Source: Pirellulales bacterium (GTDB lineage Bacteria; Planctomycetota; Planctomycetia; Pirellulales; JAICIG01). From it: DNA of 64,000 nt. Shown here piece by piece: positions 39,719 to 47,960 of the stretch. The first letter of the stretch is position 1; each line of letters begins with the position of its first letter. The stretch spans positions 213,351 to 277,350 of the forward strand of contig JBBDYJ010000035.1 in the NCBI GenBank assembly GCA_040901675.1. Direction: 5' to 3'. The translations under genes were made by a program, and so were the position numbers. The notes beneath the pieces are model-generated. The model was given only the letters and a program-made list of their open reading frames with translations. It was not told where the DNA came from and did not search any database.

Positions 39719-39807
39719 GAGTTCCACCTCCGGTGGACCTTCTGTCCCCCCTTCCCCCGCTCTCCCCTTCCCCTCTTCCTCCTTCCTCCTTCTGCCTTCT
39801 ACCCGCC

Positions 39808-40902
39808 TCAGGCCAGCTTTCCGCGGCCCTCGATGGGCCACACGGCAACCAGCGCTCCACGCCGAAAGCAATGGAAATGGTCGTGCAGCACGGTCGTCAG
39901 GTCGGCGTAGCCTGGAATCAACTCCAGGCGGTCGCCGATCCTCAGGTCCCGGGCCGATGCCGCGAGCTCCAGCTCTCCGTGCTCGGCGCTGAGACGCTTG
40001 ACGCGGATGTCGTCACGGCCCAGCACCAAGGGTGGATGGACCTCGATGTTCAACGTCTTGCGGCCGGCATCGATGATGGCCCGCCCAGGCGCGGGCCGGC
40101 TCACGACGGTCGCCACGACGGTCAGGGCGTAGCCGAGCTGCGACACCTGGCACTTGTGGCGGTAGTAGGCATCCATGAAGATCGCTCCGCCCGCCTGCAC
40201 TTCGGTCACTCCCGGCTGGCCGATGCTGTAAAGGTAGGAGCCGGTCCCGGCGCAGGAGACGATCGGGCAGGCGATCCCCGACGTTTCCAGCAGCCGCCGC
40301 GTCTCGACCAGGGTACCGAGCGCCTCGCGGATTCTTGCCCCTTTTTCGTCGGGGTCGGGCACGGTGAGCAGGTGGCCCTCGTAACCCATGATGCCGGCCA
40401 GCTCGATGCCCGGCAGGCCGGCCAGCAGGCGAGCCAGCTCCAGGGCCGGCTCACCCGGCTGCACCCCCACCCGCGCCAGGCCGATGTCGACTTCGATCAG
40501 CACCCGCTGCTTGAGCCCCGCTTCGGCCATGGCGCGGCTCAGCGGGATCGCCTGGTCGGCATGGTCGATGCACACGATCGGATCGGCGACGCGCCGCAGC
40601 GCGACCAGCCGCCGCAGCTTTTGCGGACCGACGATCATGTTGGCGATCAACAGGTCGCGCACGCCGCCGGCGGCCATCACCTCCGCTTCGCCCAGCTTGG
40701 CGCAGGTGATGCCGATCGCGCCGGCGTCCAGCTCCAGCCGGGCGATGGCCGGGACCTTGTGCCCCTTGGCGTGCGGGCGCCAAGCCACATTCCGCCGGCG
40801 GCAGGTTTCGGCGACCGTGCGGATATTGGCTTCCATCACGTCGAGGTCCAGGCAGAGGGCCGGCGTGTCCAAGTCGTCCTTGGTCTGGCCGAGCTCGTTC
40901 AT
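39808..40902 (-). CDS. DSD1 family PLP enzyme (D-serine dehydratase / D-threonine aldolase-like)
   Basis: LDTPAL, RPHAKGHK, GIMGYEGH, DAGRK, LSAEHG. Confidence 0.9.
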   Translation of the reverse strand: MNELGQTKDDLDTPALCLDLDVMEANIRTVAETCRRRNVAWRPHAKGHKVPAIARLELDAGAIGITCAKLGEAEVMAAGGVRDLLIANMIVGPQKLRRLVALRRVADPIVCIDHADQAIPLSRAMAEAGLKQRVLIEVDIGLARVGVQPGEPALELARLLAGLPGIELAGIMGYEGHLLTVPDPDEKGARIREALGTLVETRRLLETSGIACPIVSCAGTGSYLYSIGQPGVTEVQAGGAIFMDAYYRHKCQVSQLGYALTVVATVVSRPAPGRAIIDAGRKTLNIEVHPPLVLGRDDIRVKRLSAEHGELELAASARDLRIGDRLELIPGYADLTTVLHDHFHCFRRGALVAVWPIEGRGKLA

Positions 40903-41016
40903 TACCGATGGTCCTGAGGGTTCGTAGTGGGAGTCAGAGGTCAGAGTCAGGAGTCAGAGCATCGTAGCTGAATTCGCCAGAATTCAGGTCTTCCAGCAAA
41001 AAGTTGAAGAAAAACA

Positions 41017-41045
41017 TTGAGACAACGCCGCGCGCCAAGTATACC
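41017..41045 (+). promoter_or_regulatory. Putative sigma70 promoter TTGAGA-N17-TATACC
   Basis: Near-consensus hexamers with 17-nt spacing upstream of the cyclase gene. Confidence 0.5.
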
Positions 41046-41110
41046 CAACACCAGTCGAGTCAACCTGGTTGCCCGAGAGGTGAACTATGAACTGCCCGAG
41101 AGGTGAACCC

Positions 41111-42130
41111 ATGAATCCGCGACTCCGATTGTGTCATCCAGTTCGCAGGTCTATTGATCGAGCACGGCGATTGCTGTTCTTGCTGGCCGCCGTGGGAGGG
41201 GCCACGTTCGCCCTGGCCCAGCAACCCGCCGGCGAGACGCCGATCGGGCCCAAATGGTGGCCTTCGCCCTGGGGCGCGGACGACCAGCGCGGCGCCGCCA
41301 ACCTGCTGACGGCCGAGAAAGTGCTCGAAGCCAACCAACTGGTCAGCCAGGGCAAAGTGTACCAGCTCGGACGGCTGTACGAGCACGGCATGCCGCTACC
41401 CGGCAAGCGGCACTATAGTCTCACCATCCCCGGCTCTCCCACGGGTCCGCCGCAAGGCGACAACCGGATCGTCTCGCACGATGAGCTGGTCAGCGCCGAG
41501 ATCGGCCAGGTCGGCACCCAGTTCGACGGGCTGGGGCACATCGGCTGCCGCATCGACGGTGAGGACTATTTTTACAACGGTTTCAAGGCGTCCGAGTTTG
41601 CCACGGCCTACGGCCTGGAGAAGCTGGGCGTGGAAAACGTGGGGGTGTTTTACACGCGGGGCATCCTGTTGGACGTGGCCGGCCTGCGCAAGACCGAGCG
41701 GCTCATGCCCGGTCACGTCATCACCTCCGACGAGCTGAAGGCCTGCTTGAAGGCGTCGGGCGCCGAGATCCGCCCCGGCGACGTCGTGTTGATCCACACC
41801 GGGCACGGCAAGCTCTGGATGAAGGACAACGAAACCTACGGCAGCGGCGAGCCGGGAATCGGCATGGAGGCGGCCCGCTGGCTGACCGATCAGAAAGTCG
41901 CCTTGATCGGCGCCGACACCTGGGCCATCGAGGCGGTGCCCGCCGAGGATCCGAATCGCCCCTTCCCGGTGCACCAGTGGAACCTGACCCGCCACGGCGT
42001 GTACCACCTGGAGAACCTCGATCTGAGCGAGTTGGTCGCCGACAAGGCATACGAGTTCGCCTTCATTTTTTCGCCCTTGCGGTTGAAGGGCGCCACCGGC
42101 TCGCCCGGCAACCCAATCGCGGTGCGGTAA
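41111..42130 (+). CDS. Exported cyclase family (KynB-like) metal hydrolase
   Basis: WGADDQRGAANL, QVGTQFDGLGH, GDVVLIHTG, HLENLDL, GATGSPGNP. Confidence 0.9.
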   Translation: MNPRLRLCHPVRRSIDRARRLLFLLAAVGGATFALAQQPAGETPIGPKWWPSPWGADDQRGAANLLTAEKVLEANQLVSQGKVYQLGRLYEHGMPLPGKRHYSLTIPGSPTGPPQGDNRIVSHDELVSAEIGQVGTQFDGLGHIGCRIDGEDYFYNGFKASEFATAYGLEKLGVENVGVFYTRGILLDVAGLRKTERLMPGHVITSDELKACLKASGAEIRPGDVVLIHTGHGKLWMKDNETYGSGEPGIGMEAARWLTDQKVALIGADTWAIEAVPAEDPNRPFPVHQWNLTRHGVYHLENLDLSELVADKAYEFAFIFSPLRLKGATGSPGNPIAVR

Positions 42131-42229
42131 ACCAGGCCCTGACGTGCCTCCGCGATGGCAAGGCGCACGGCCGGATCATCTTGAACATCCGGCCTCGAAC
42201 CTGGGACGTGCCCCGAGCACGGTGGGAAG

Positions 42230-42560
42230 CTTGTCGCAGTTATTCGATCATCGAGCGGTGTCTCGCCTGGCGGCCTCGCTGTTCGAGGCGGCCGGCGCGC
42301 CGCTGCTTGAAGCAAGCCTCGTCGCCGAGCACCTGGTCTGATCGTGCTGGATCCGAAGTCGTTCTGCCCGATCGACGAGTTCAAGCGTCTCATGGACGGC
42401 CTGGTGGCGTACATTAAGTCGTCGCCGCCCGCGGCCGGCTTCGACGAGGTGCTCGTTCCCGGCGAGCCCGAGTTCCGCACTCTCCGCCGCCGTTCGATCG
42501 AAGGCATTCCCATCGACCCCGTGACCCTCAGTGCAATCCGCGACCACGCCTCGGATGACC
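42230..42560 (+). pseudogene. Ldh_2 (malate/L-lactate/sulfolactate dehydrogenase) remnant with a large internal deletion
   Basis: N-terminal SRLAASLFEAAGA...ASLVAEHLV joined out of frame to C-terminal LDPKSF...IKSSPPAAGFDEVLVPGEPE...GIPID. Confidence 0.75.
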
Positions 42561-42896
42561 CCATTCATGGGATCCGCCGTGTTGGAGACGCGGATGAGGC
42601 GAGCGGCTAAGGCAAGAAGAAATCGGGGTCCGCGCGATTGGCCCCAGTGGGTCGGCACAGCGATCCGGAACAACGCGCCTGCCAACTGGAGGATGTCGTA
42701 CAGGCCAGTGTCCACACCGACGGCATAGCACATCAGCGTGAAGAAGCAGACGGGGCGTCGGCATACGGAGTATGCCTGCTACTATTGAGACAAAACTTGC
42801 CTTCCGCCGCGAAGCCAACGATGATATCCGGCACGTCACTGGGGGAGACACTGCGGGGACGATTGCCTCGCGGCAACCAAAGAGGGAGACTGCACC

Positions 42897-44642
42897 ATGG
42901 GCTTGATCATCGGCTTGCTTCACTCTGGGATTCGATCGCGAGGGTTGTCGATCGCGACCATTTGCGGGTGCCTTCTGGCCGCGGGGGCGACGATGGCGCC
43001 GGCGGCGGCCGGGCAGGAGTCGGCGGGCGAGGCGCGGTTCGTCGACCTGTCGCTGTTGGTGGCGCCGGAGCTGCCGTGCACGTGGCCGGCGGGATGGCCG
43101 TTCTTCCAGATGAACCCCTACCTGCGGATCGGGCCGACCAGCGCCTACAATAGCGAGATCCTTACGATCGACCCCAACACCGGCACGCAACTCGATGCGC
43201 CGCCGCACTCGATCCCGCGCAGCAATACCCGCCTGCCCAACGCCGGACGCTACGGCGACCTGTTCACCGAAATGATCCCGGCCTGGCAGTTCGGCGGCGA
43301 AGCCTGCGTGATCGATTGCCGCGACTTGCTCGACGCCGCGCCGCCGGGCCGCAGCAGCATCGTCCAAAAAGAACACGTCATGGCCTGGGAGCGCGAACAC
43401 CGGCCGCTCGAAGAAGGCGACGTGGTGCTGTTCTACAGCGGCTATAGCGACAAGTATTACCAGCCCTTCCCCGCGGGCCGGCGGTTCATCGCCGATCCGC
43501 TCGACGGCAAGGCACCGGCCTGGCCCGACCCGGATCCGGAGTGCATGGAGTACCTGGCCAGCCGCAAGGTGATGACGCTGGGCACCGACAGCCCCAGCAT
43601 GGGACCGATTCCCTTCCTCGCCGAACCGACCCATATCGCGGGGCTCAAGCACGGCATGATCTGGACCGAGGGAGCGGTGGGCCTGGGCGCCCTGCCCACC
43701 ACCGGCGCGTACTACTGCATGGTCGGACCCAAGCACGCCGGCGGCGCGTGCAGCGAGGGGCGGGCCTTTGCCGTCACCGGCGAGCCGCTGGCAAGCTGGC
43801 TCATCGAACGGACCAGGAAAAAACAGGTGGCCGACCTGTCCGTCGTGCTCGCCGACGACTTGCCGGTCTGGTGGCCGGGGACCGGAGCCGGCAACCACCG
43901 GCAACGGTACTTCACGATCAATTTCGCCTTCAATCCGGCCCTGGAGCGGTTCAACCAGACCCACATGCTCGACAGCCACGCCGGCACGCACCTCGTGCCG
44001 CCGTCGTACGCGCTGCCGCCCGAGGGTTTTGACAACTCGCAGCTCTCCGCGGAAGTGCAGCAGTGGCTGGCCGAGTACGAGGAGCAGTATGGGCCGCGCG
44101 GAACCAGCGACGTGACTACCGAGAAGGTGCCGGTAGAGCAGACGTGCGGTTGGGCCCGCGTCGTCGACGTGCGGCACCTGGCGGGCACGACGACCAAGGC
44201 CGACTGGCCCGCCTCGCCCGAAATCACCGTGGCCGAGATCAAGAGGTACGAAGCCGAGCACGGCAAGCTCGCGGCGGGCGAGATCGTGATCTTTCACACG
44301 GGGCACGTCGATCGGCACTTCCGCCCCGGGCTGGAGGGCGAGGCCTGCCTGGTCGAGCCCCTGGGCGGCAAGAGCGAAGGCTGGCCGGCTCCCGGTCCCC
44401 AGGCGGTCATGTACCTCGCCGAGCAAGGCATCCGCTGCCTGGCCACCGACGGGCCGTCGCTGGGGGGCGTTGATCCTAAGCGGGCGCTGATGACCTATTG
44501 GGCACTCGGCAGCCGCGGCCTGGCGGGCGTCGAGTTTTTAACGGGCCTGGAGCAACTGCCCGACAAGGCGTACTTCCTGTTCGCCGCCGTCAAGATCGAG
44601 GGCTGCCACGGCGGCCCAGGCCGAGCCATTGCAGTGTACTGA
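42897..44642 (+). CDS. Exported tandem two-domain cyclase family protein
   Basis: Two repeats: FVDLS...TGTQLDAPPH...GDVVLFYSG and VADLS...HAGTHLVPP...GEIVIFHTG; ends GCHGGPGRAIA. Confidence 0.85.
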   Translation: MGLIIGLLHSGIRSRGLSIATICGCLLAAGATMAPAAAGQESAGEARFVDLSLLVAPELPCTWPAGWPFFQMNPYLRIGPTSAYNSEILTIDPNTGTQLDAPPHSIPRSNTRLPNAGRYGDLFTEMIPAWQFGGEACVIDCRDLLDAAPPGRSSIVQKEHVMAWEREHRPLEEGDVVLFYSGYSDKYYQPFPAGRRFIADPLDGKAPAWPDPDPECMEYLASRKVMTLGTDSPSMGPIPFLAEPTHIAGLKHGMIWTEGAVGLGALPTTGAYYCMVGPKHAGGACSEGRAFAVTGEPLASWLIERTRKKQVADLSVVLADDLPVWWPGTGAGNHRQRYFTINFAFNPALERFNQTHMLDSHAGTHLVPPSYALPPEGFDNSQLSAEVQQWLAEYEEQYGPRGTSDVTTEKVPVEQTCGWARVVDVRHLAGTTTKADWPASPEITVAEIKRYEAEHGKLAAGEIVIFHTGHVDRHFRPGLEGEACLVEPLGGKSEGWPAPGPQAVMYLAEQGIRCLATDGPSLGGVDPKRALMTYWALGSRGLAGVEFLTGLEQLPDKAYFLFAAVKIEGCHGGPGRAIAVY

Positions 44643-44688
44643 GCTGCCGAAGGCAGAAGGAGCAAGGAGGAACAGGGAGACACGAAGA

Positions 44689-44860
44689 CTGGGGCACGCT
44701 TCCGCTTTGCCCCAGGCACCCGCCGAGCAGCAGGCCGGAGACTGGAGGCCGGAGGACTGGGGCACGCTACGACTCGACTGAGCTCGCCGAAGTCCGCTTT
44801 GCCCCAGCCACCCGGGGCGGACTTCTGTCCCCCCTTCCCCGCTCTCCCCTTCCCCCCTTC
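44689..44860. repeat. Composite repeat region: two CTGGGGCA REPs (one with a 24-nt insert) and a C-rich tract
   Basis: Matches to 23103-23136, 2341-2363 and 39740-39773. Confidence 0.8.
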
Positions 44861-44864
44861 CTTC

Positions 44865-46190
44865 TTACTCGTGGCGCAAGGCTTCGATGGGGTCCATCTT
44901 GGCGGCGCGGGTGGCCGGATAGAGGCCAAAGATCACGCCCACGCACATCGAGATGCCGAAGGCCAAGGGGATGGACCATTCGACGATCACCGGCTCGACG
45001 TTGCGGATCACGTCAGGCAGGTTGACCATGGCCGTGGGAAAGGCCCGCTCCAGGCCGGCCAGAAGCCAGGCGGTGGCGGGACGGCAGGTGAACCCGCCCA
45101 GGATGCCGCTCAGGCCGCCCAACACGGACAGCACGACGGTTTCGACCAGGAACTGCCGGGCGATGTCGGCGCGCTTGGCGCCCAGGGCCCGGCGGATGCC
45201 GATCTCGCGGGTGCGCTCGGTCACGGTGGCCAGCATGATGTTCATGATGCCGATGCCGCCCACCACCAGCGAAATAGCGGCGATGATGCCGAGAAACACG
45301 ATGAACATCAACCGCGTGGTACGGGCCTGCTCCAACAGCTCCAGAGGCACCGTGACGCCGTAGTCGGCGGTCGGATGATAGGCGGCCAGCGTGTTCTTGA
45401 CCACGTCGGCCGTCTCCAGCACCTGGCTGACCTGTGAGACGCGGAGCGTGATCTGGTTGAGCTCGACGATTTCGCCCTCGAACGATCCGCTCCGCCGGGT
45501 GACGACGACGTCGCCGATCCGCGACCAGAGGGTGCTGATCGGGATGTAAACGTCGTGCGAGTAATCCTGCGAGTCGAGCGAGCCGCCGATGCCGGCCGAT
45601 GGCGCGCGGTCCTTCGTCACGCCCACGACCACGTAGTAGTGCTTGTCGACCAGCACCGAGCGTCGCAGGGGGTCCTCGTAGGGGAACAGCCGCCGCGCCG
45701 TGCCGGCCGCCAGCACGCAGACGTTTTCGTTGTGCTTCAGCTCGGCATCCGTAATAAAGTGCCCTTGCTCGATCTCCAGGCGGGTCACGTCGGCGTATTC
45801 GGGAGTGCAGCCGACCAGGCGGCCATCGAGCAGCCGGCCCGCGTAGCGGAACTCGCGGCGGATCTCGCGGACGGGCAGGGCCTTTTCGATGGTGGGCACG
45901 GTCTCTTCGAGCCGCTCGAAATCGGCCCGCGTCAATCCATAGGGCGAAGGACCCCGCTGGCCGGAGGTGGTTTCGCTGGGAGGTTCAATCGACCGGACGA
46001 TGATGTTGTCGGCGCCCAGTCCTTCAATCTGCTTCTGCACGGCGACGCTGATTCCCTCGCCGATGGCCAGCAGCCAGATCACGCTGGCCACGCCGATAAA
46101 GATGCCCAGCACGGTCAAGAGCGACCGCAGGGGGTGCAAGAGGAGGTTCTTGACCCCCATTCGCCAGGTCCGGAGCCAGAAGGAGATCAT
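44865..46190 (-). CDS. MacB/FtsX-type ABC permease
   Basis: RSLLTVLGIFIGV, GGIGIMNIMLATVTERTREIGIRRALGA, DPIEALRHE. Confidence 0.93.
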   Translation of the reverse strand: MISFWLRTWRMGVKNLLLHPLRSLLTVLGIFIGVASVIWLLAIGEGISVAVQKQIEGLGADNIIVRSIEPPSETTSGQRGPSPYGLTRADFERLEETVPTIEKALPVREIRREFRYAGRLLDGRLVGCTPEYADVTRLEIEQGHFITDAELKHNENVCVLAAGTARRLFPYEDPLRRSVLVDKHYYVVVGVTKDRAPSAGIGGSLDSQDYSHDVYIPISTLWSRIGDVVVTRRSGSFEGEIVELNQITLRVSQVSQVLETADVVKNTLAAYHPTADYGVTVPLELLEQARTTRLMFIVFLGIIAAISLVVGGIGIMNIMLATVTERTREIGIRRALGAKRADIARQFLVETVVLSVLGGLSGILGGFTCRPATAWLLAGLERAFPTAMVNLPDVIRNVEPVIVEWSIPLAFGISMCVGVIFGLYPATRAAKMDPIEALRHE

Positions 46191-46206
46191 GTGCGCAGCC
46201 AGGAGA

Positions 46207-47718
46207 TCAGGTTTCCGGGCGTTCGGCCGGCGTGCCGGCTTGGTTTTCGCCCGCTTGAGCGGCAACCTTTTCAGGCTCGGCCAGCGAGGACTTGGGCAGC
46301 TCGACCTTGGAGAGGTGAACGCGCGGGTTCATCAACACCGCATCGTTGGCTGACAGTCCGTCGCGGATGACCAGGAACTTGTCGTTGGTCGATCCGATCA
46401 GCACTTCCCGCGGTTCCAAGCCCTGCCGGCCCCGCGACAACATGCAGTAGTGCTTGCCTTCGCGCTCGATGACGGCCTGGACGGGAACCATCAGCACATC
46501 GGGCGTGGTCTCGACGCGAATGGCCACCTTGGCAGTCATGCCCGGACGCAGGCCGGCGGGCGGATCGAGGATCTTGATGTAGGTGGCGTACTCCTTGATG
46601 TTGGAGTTGAACCAGTTCTCCTGGGTGGGGTAGGGGTCGACTTTTTCCACCTCGCCCTGAAGGGAGACGCCCGGCAGGGCATCCATCTGGATCTTGACCG
46701 GCATGCCGGCCTTGACCATGTCGATGCGCGCTTCGCTGATCTTGGCCTCGACTTGCATCTTCTGGGGGTCGGGAAGGCGAATGATCACCTGCCGCTCGCG
46801 GACCTTGGTGCCGGCGCGTATGCCGGAATCGTCGTCGCCGCGCCAGCCGTCCCGGTCGTTGGCATACACCACCTGCCCGGCTTCCGGCGCGGAAATCCGG
46901 CAGTTGGCGATTTGCTGCTCGATGACCGCCAGCTTGTCCAGCTCAATCCGGTGCTTGGCCAGCTCGCTGGTGAGCTTGGCTTCGGCGGTCTTGATGTCGG
47001 CGTCGTGTTTTTTGAGCGTTTTTTCGCGGGTGTAGACGCGCAGCACTTCCAGCTTGGTCTTGGCGACGTCCAGCTCCTTGCGGTTCTTTTCCACGGCGAA
47101 GCGGTCGGCCTCCAACTGGATGTCGGTCACGTAGCCGCGGGCCGCCAGCTTCTCGCTATAGCGCAGGTATTCCTGGGCCCGGCGGAAGTTTTCCTCGGCC
47201 ACGAAGACCGCGCTTTCCAGTGTTTCCTCCTCCTGCTTGTAGGTGCCCAGGTCGTACTCCTGCCTGGCGAACCTGAAGGCTTCCAGGTCGTTCTGGGCCT
47301 GGGCCACGGTCGCCTCGCTGCTGTTGAGGGCGATCCGCTGCGTGGCCAGATCGGTCTGCAGCTTGGCGTCGTCGAGCTTGACCAGGAAGGCGCCCTTCTT
47401 GACGATGGAGCCTTCGGGCACGATTTCGATAATCGCCACGCCGTCGAAGTTCTGCGACTGCACCTCGCAGCGGACTTCGACATTGGACGAGCTTTCGACC
47501 TCGCCCCGCTCCGTGACGTCGTGGGTGAACAGGCCCACCTCGGCCCGGTGCGTCAGGAGGTTCTCCACCTGGCTCGCGGCCAGGCTGTCGCGCAGCCGCC
47601 AGAGAGCGGCGGCCGCCACGGAGGTGATCAGCAGGACCACCACGATTATGCCCGATTTCGAGACACCCCGCCGGGCTTGCTTGGAACGACCGCGTGGTTG
47701 AGAGATGGCAGCACCCAT
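46207..47718 (-). CDS. Efflux periplasmic adaptor subunit (HlyD/MacA-like)
   Basis: N-terminal TM; VPEGSIVKKG; coiled coil; LRPGMTA. Confidence 0.9.
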   Translation of the reverse strand: MGAAISQPRGRSKQARRGVSKSGIIVVVLLITSVAAAALWRLRDSLAASQVENLLTHRAEVGLFTHDVTERGEVESSSNVEVRCEVQSQNFDGVAIIEIVPEGSIVKKGAFLVKLDDAKLQTDLATQRIALNSSEATVAQAQNDLEAFRFARQEYDLGTYKQEEETLESAVFVAEENFRRAQEYLRYSEKLAARGYVTDIQLEADRFAVEKNRKELDVAKTKLEVLRVYTREKTLKKHDADIKTAEAKLTSELAKHRIELDKLAVIEQQIANCRISAPEAGQVVYANDRDGWRGDDDSGIRAGTKVRERQVIIRLPDPQKMQVEAKISEARIDMVKAGMPVKIQMDALPGVSLQGEVEKVDPYPTQENWFNSNIKEYATYIKILDPPAGLRPGMTAKVAIRVETTPDVLMVPVQAVIEREGKHYCMLSRGRQGLEPREVLIGSTNDKFLVIRDGLSANDAVLMNPRVHLSKVELPKSSLAEPEKVAAQAGENQAGTPAERPET

Positions 47719-47832
47719 GGAGCACCTCGCGTTGGCGCGCGACAGACAACAGGAAGGATGTAATCGGCGGGAAGTCGGGCGAAGTCGGCTCGCCCGGTGG
47801 CATTGTAACAGGCCCCGCCGGGCATGTCACCG

Positions 47833-47959
47833 GTAGGATAGGCTTCCAGCCTGTCTATTGCTCGTCCAGCCTCCGTTGTCCGAACAGCCGAAAGCACGCT
47901 GACAGGCTGGAAGCAGCTGGAAGCCTATCCTACGCTGACAGGCTGGAAGCCTACCCTAC
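47833..47959. repeat. GTAG-family REP cluster (GTAGGATAGGCTTCCAGCCTGTC plus two inverse copies)
   Basis: 47833-47855 versus 47901-47933 (with an internal duplication) and 47937-47959. Confidence 0.9.
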
Positions 47960-47960
47960 G

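Noticed and set aside
47833..47959. Possible CRISPR array (also considered at 50585-50632 and 22944-23040)
   Set aside because: Only 2-3 copies, partly inverted, with irregular spacers and no cas genes; these fit REPs
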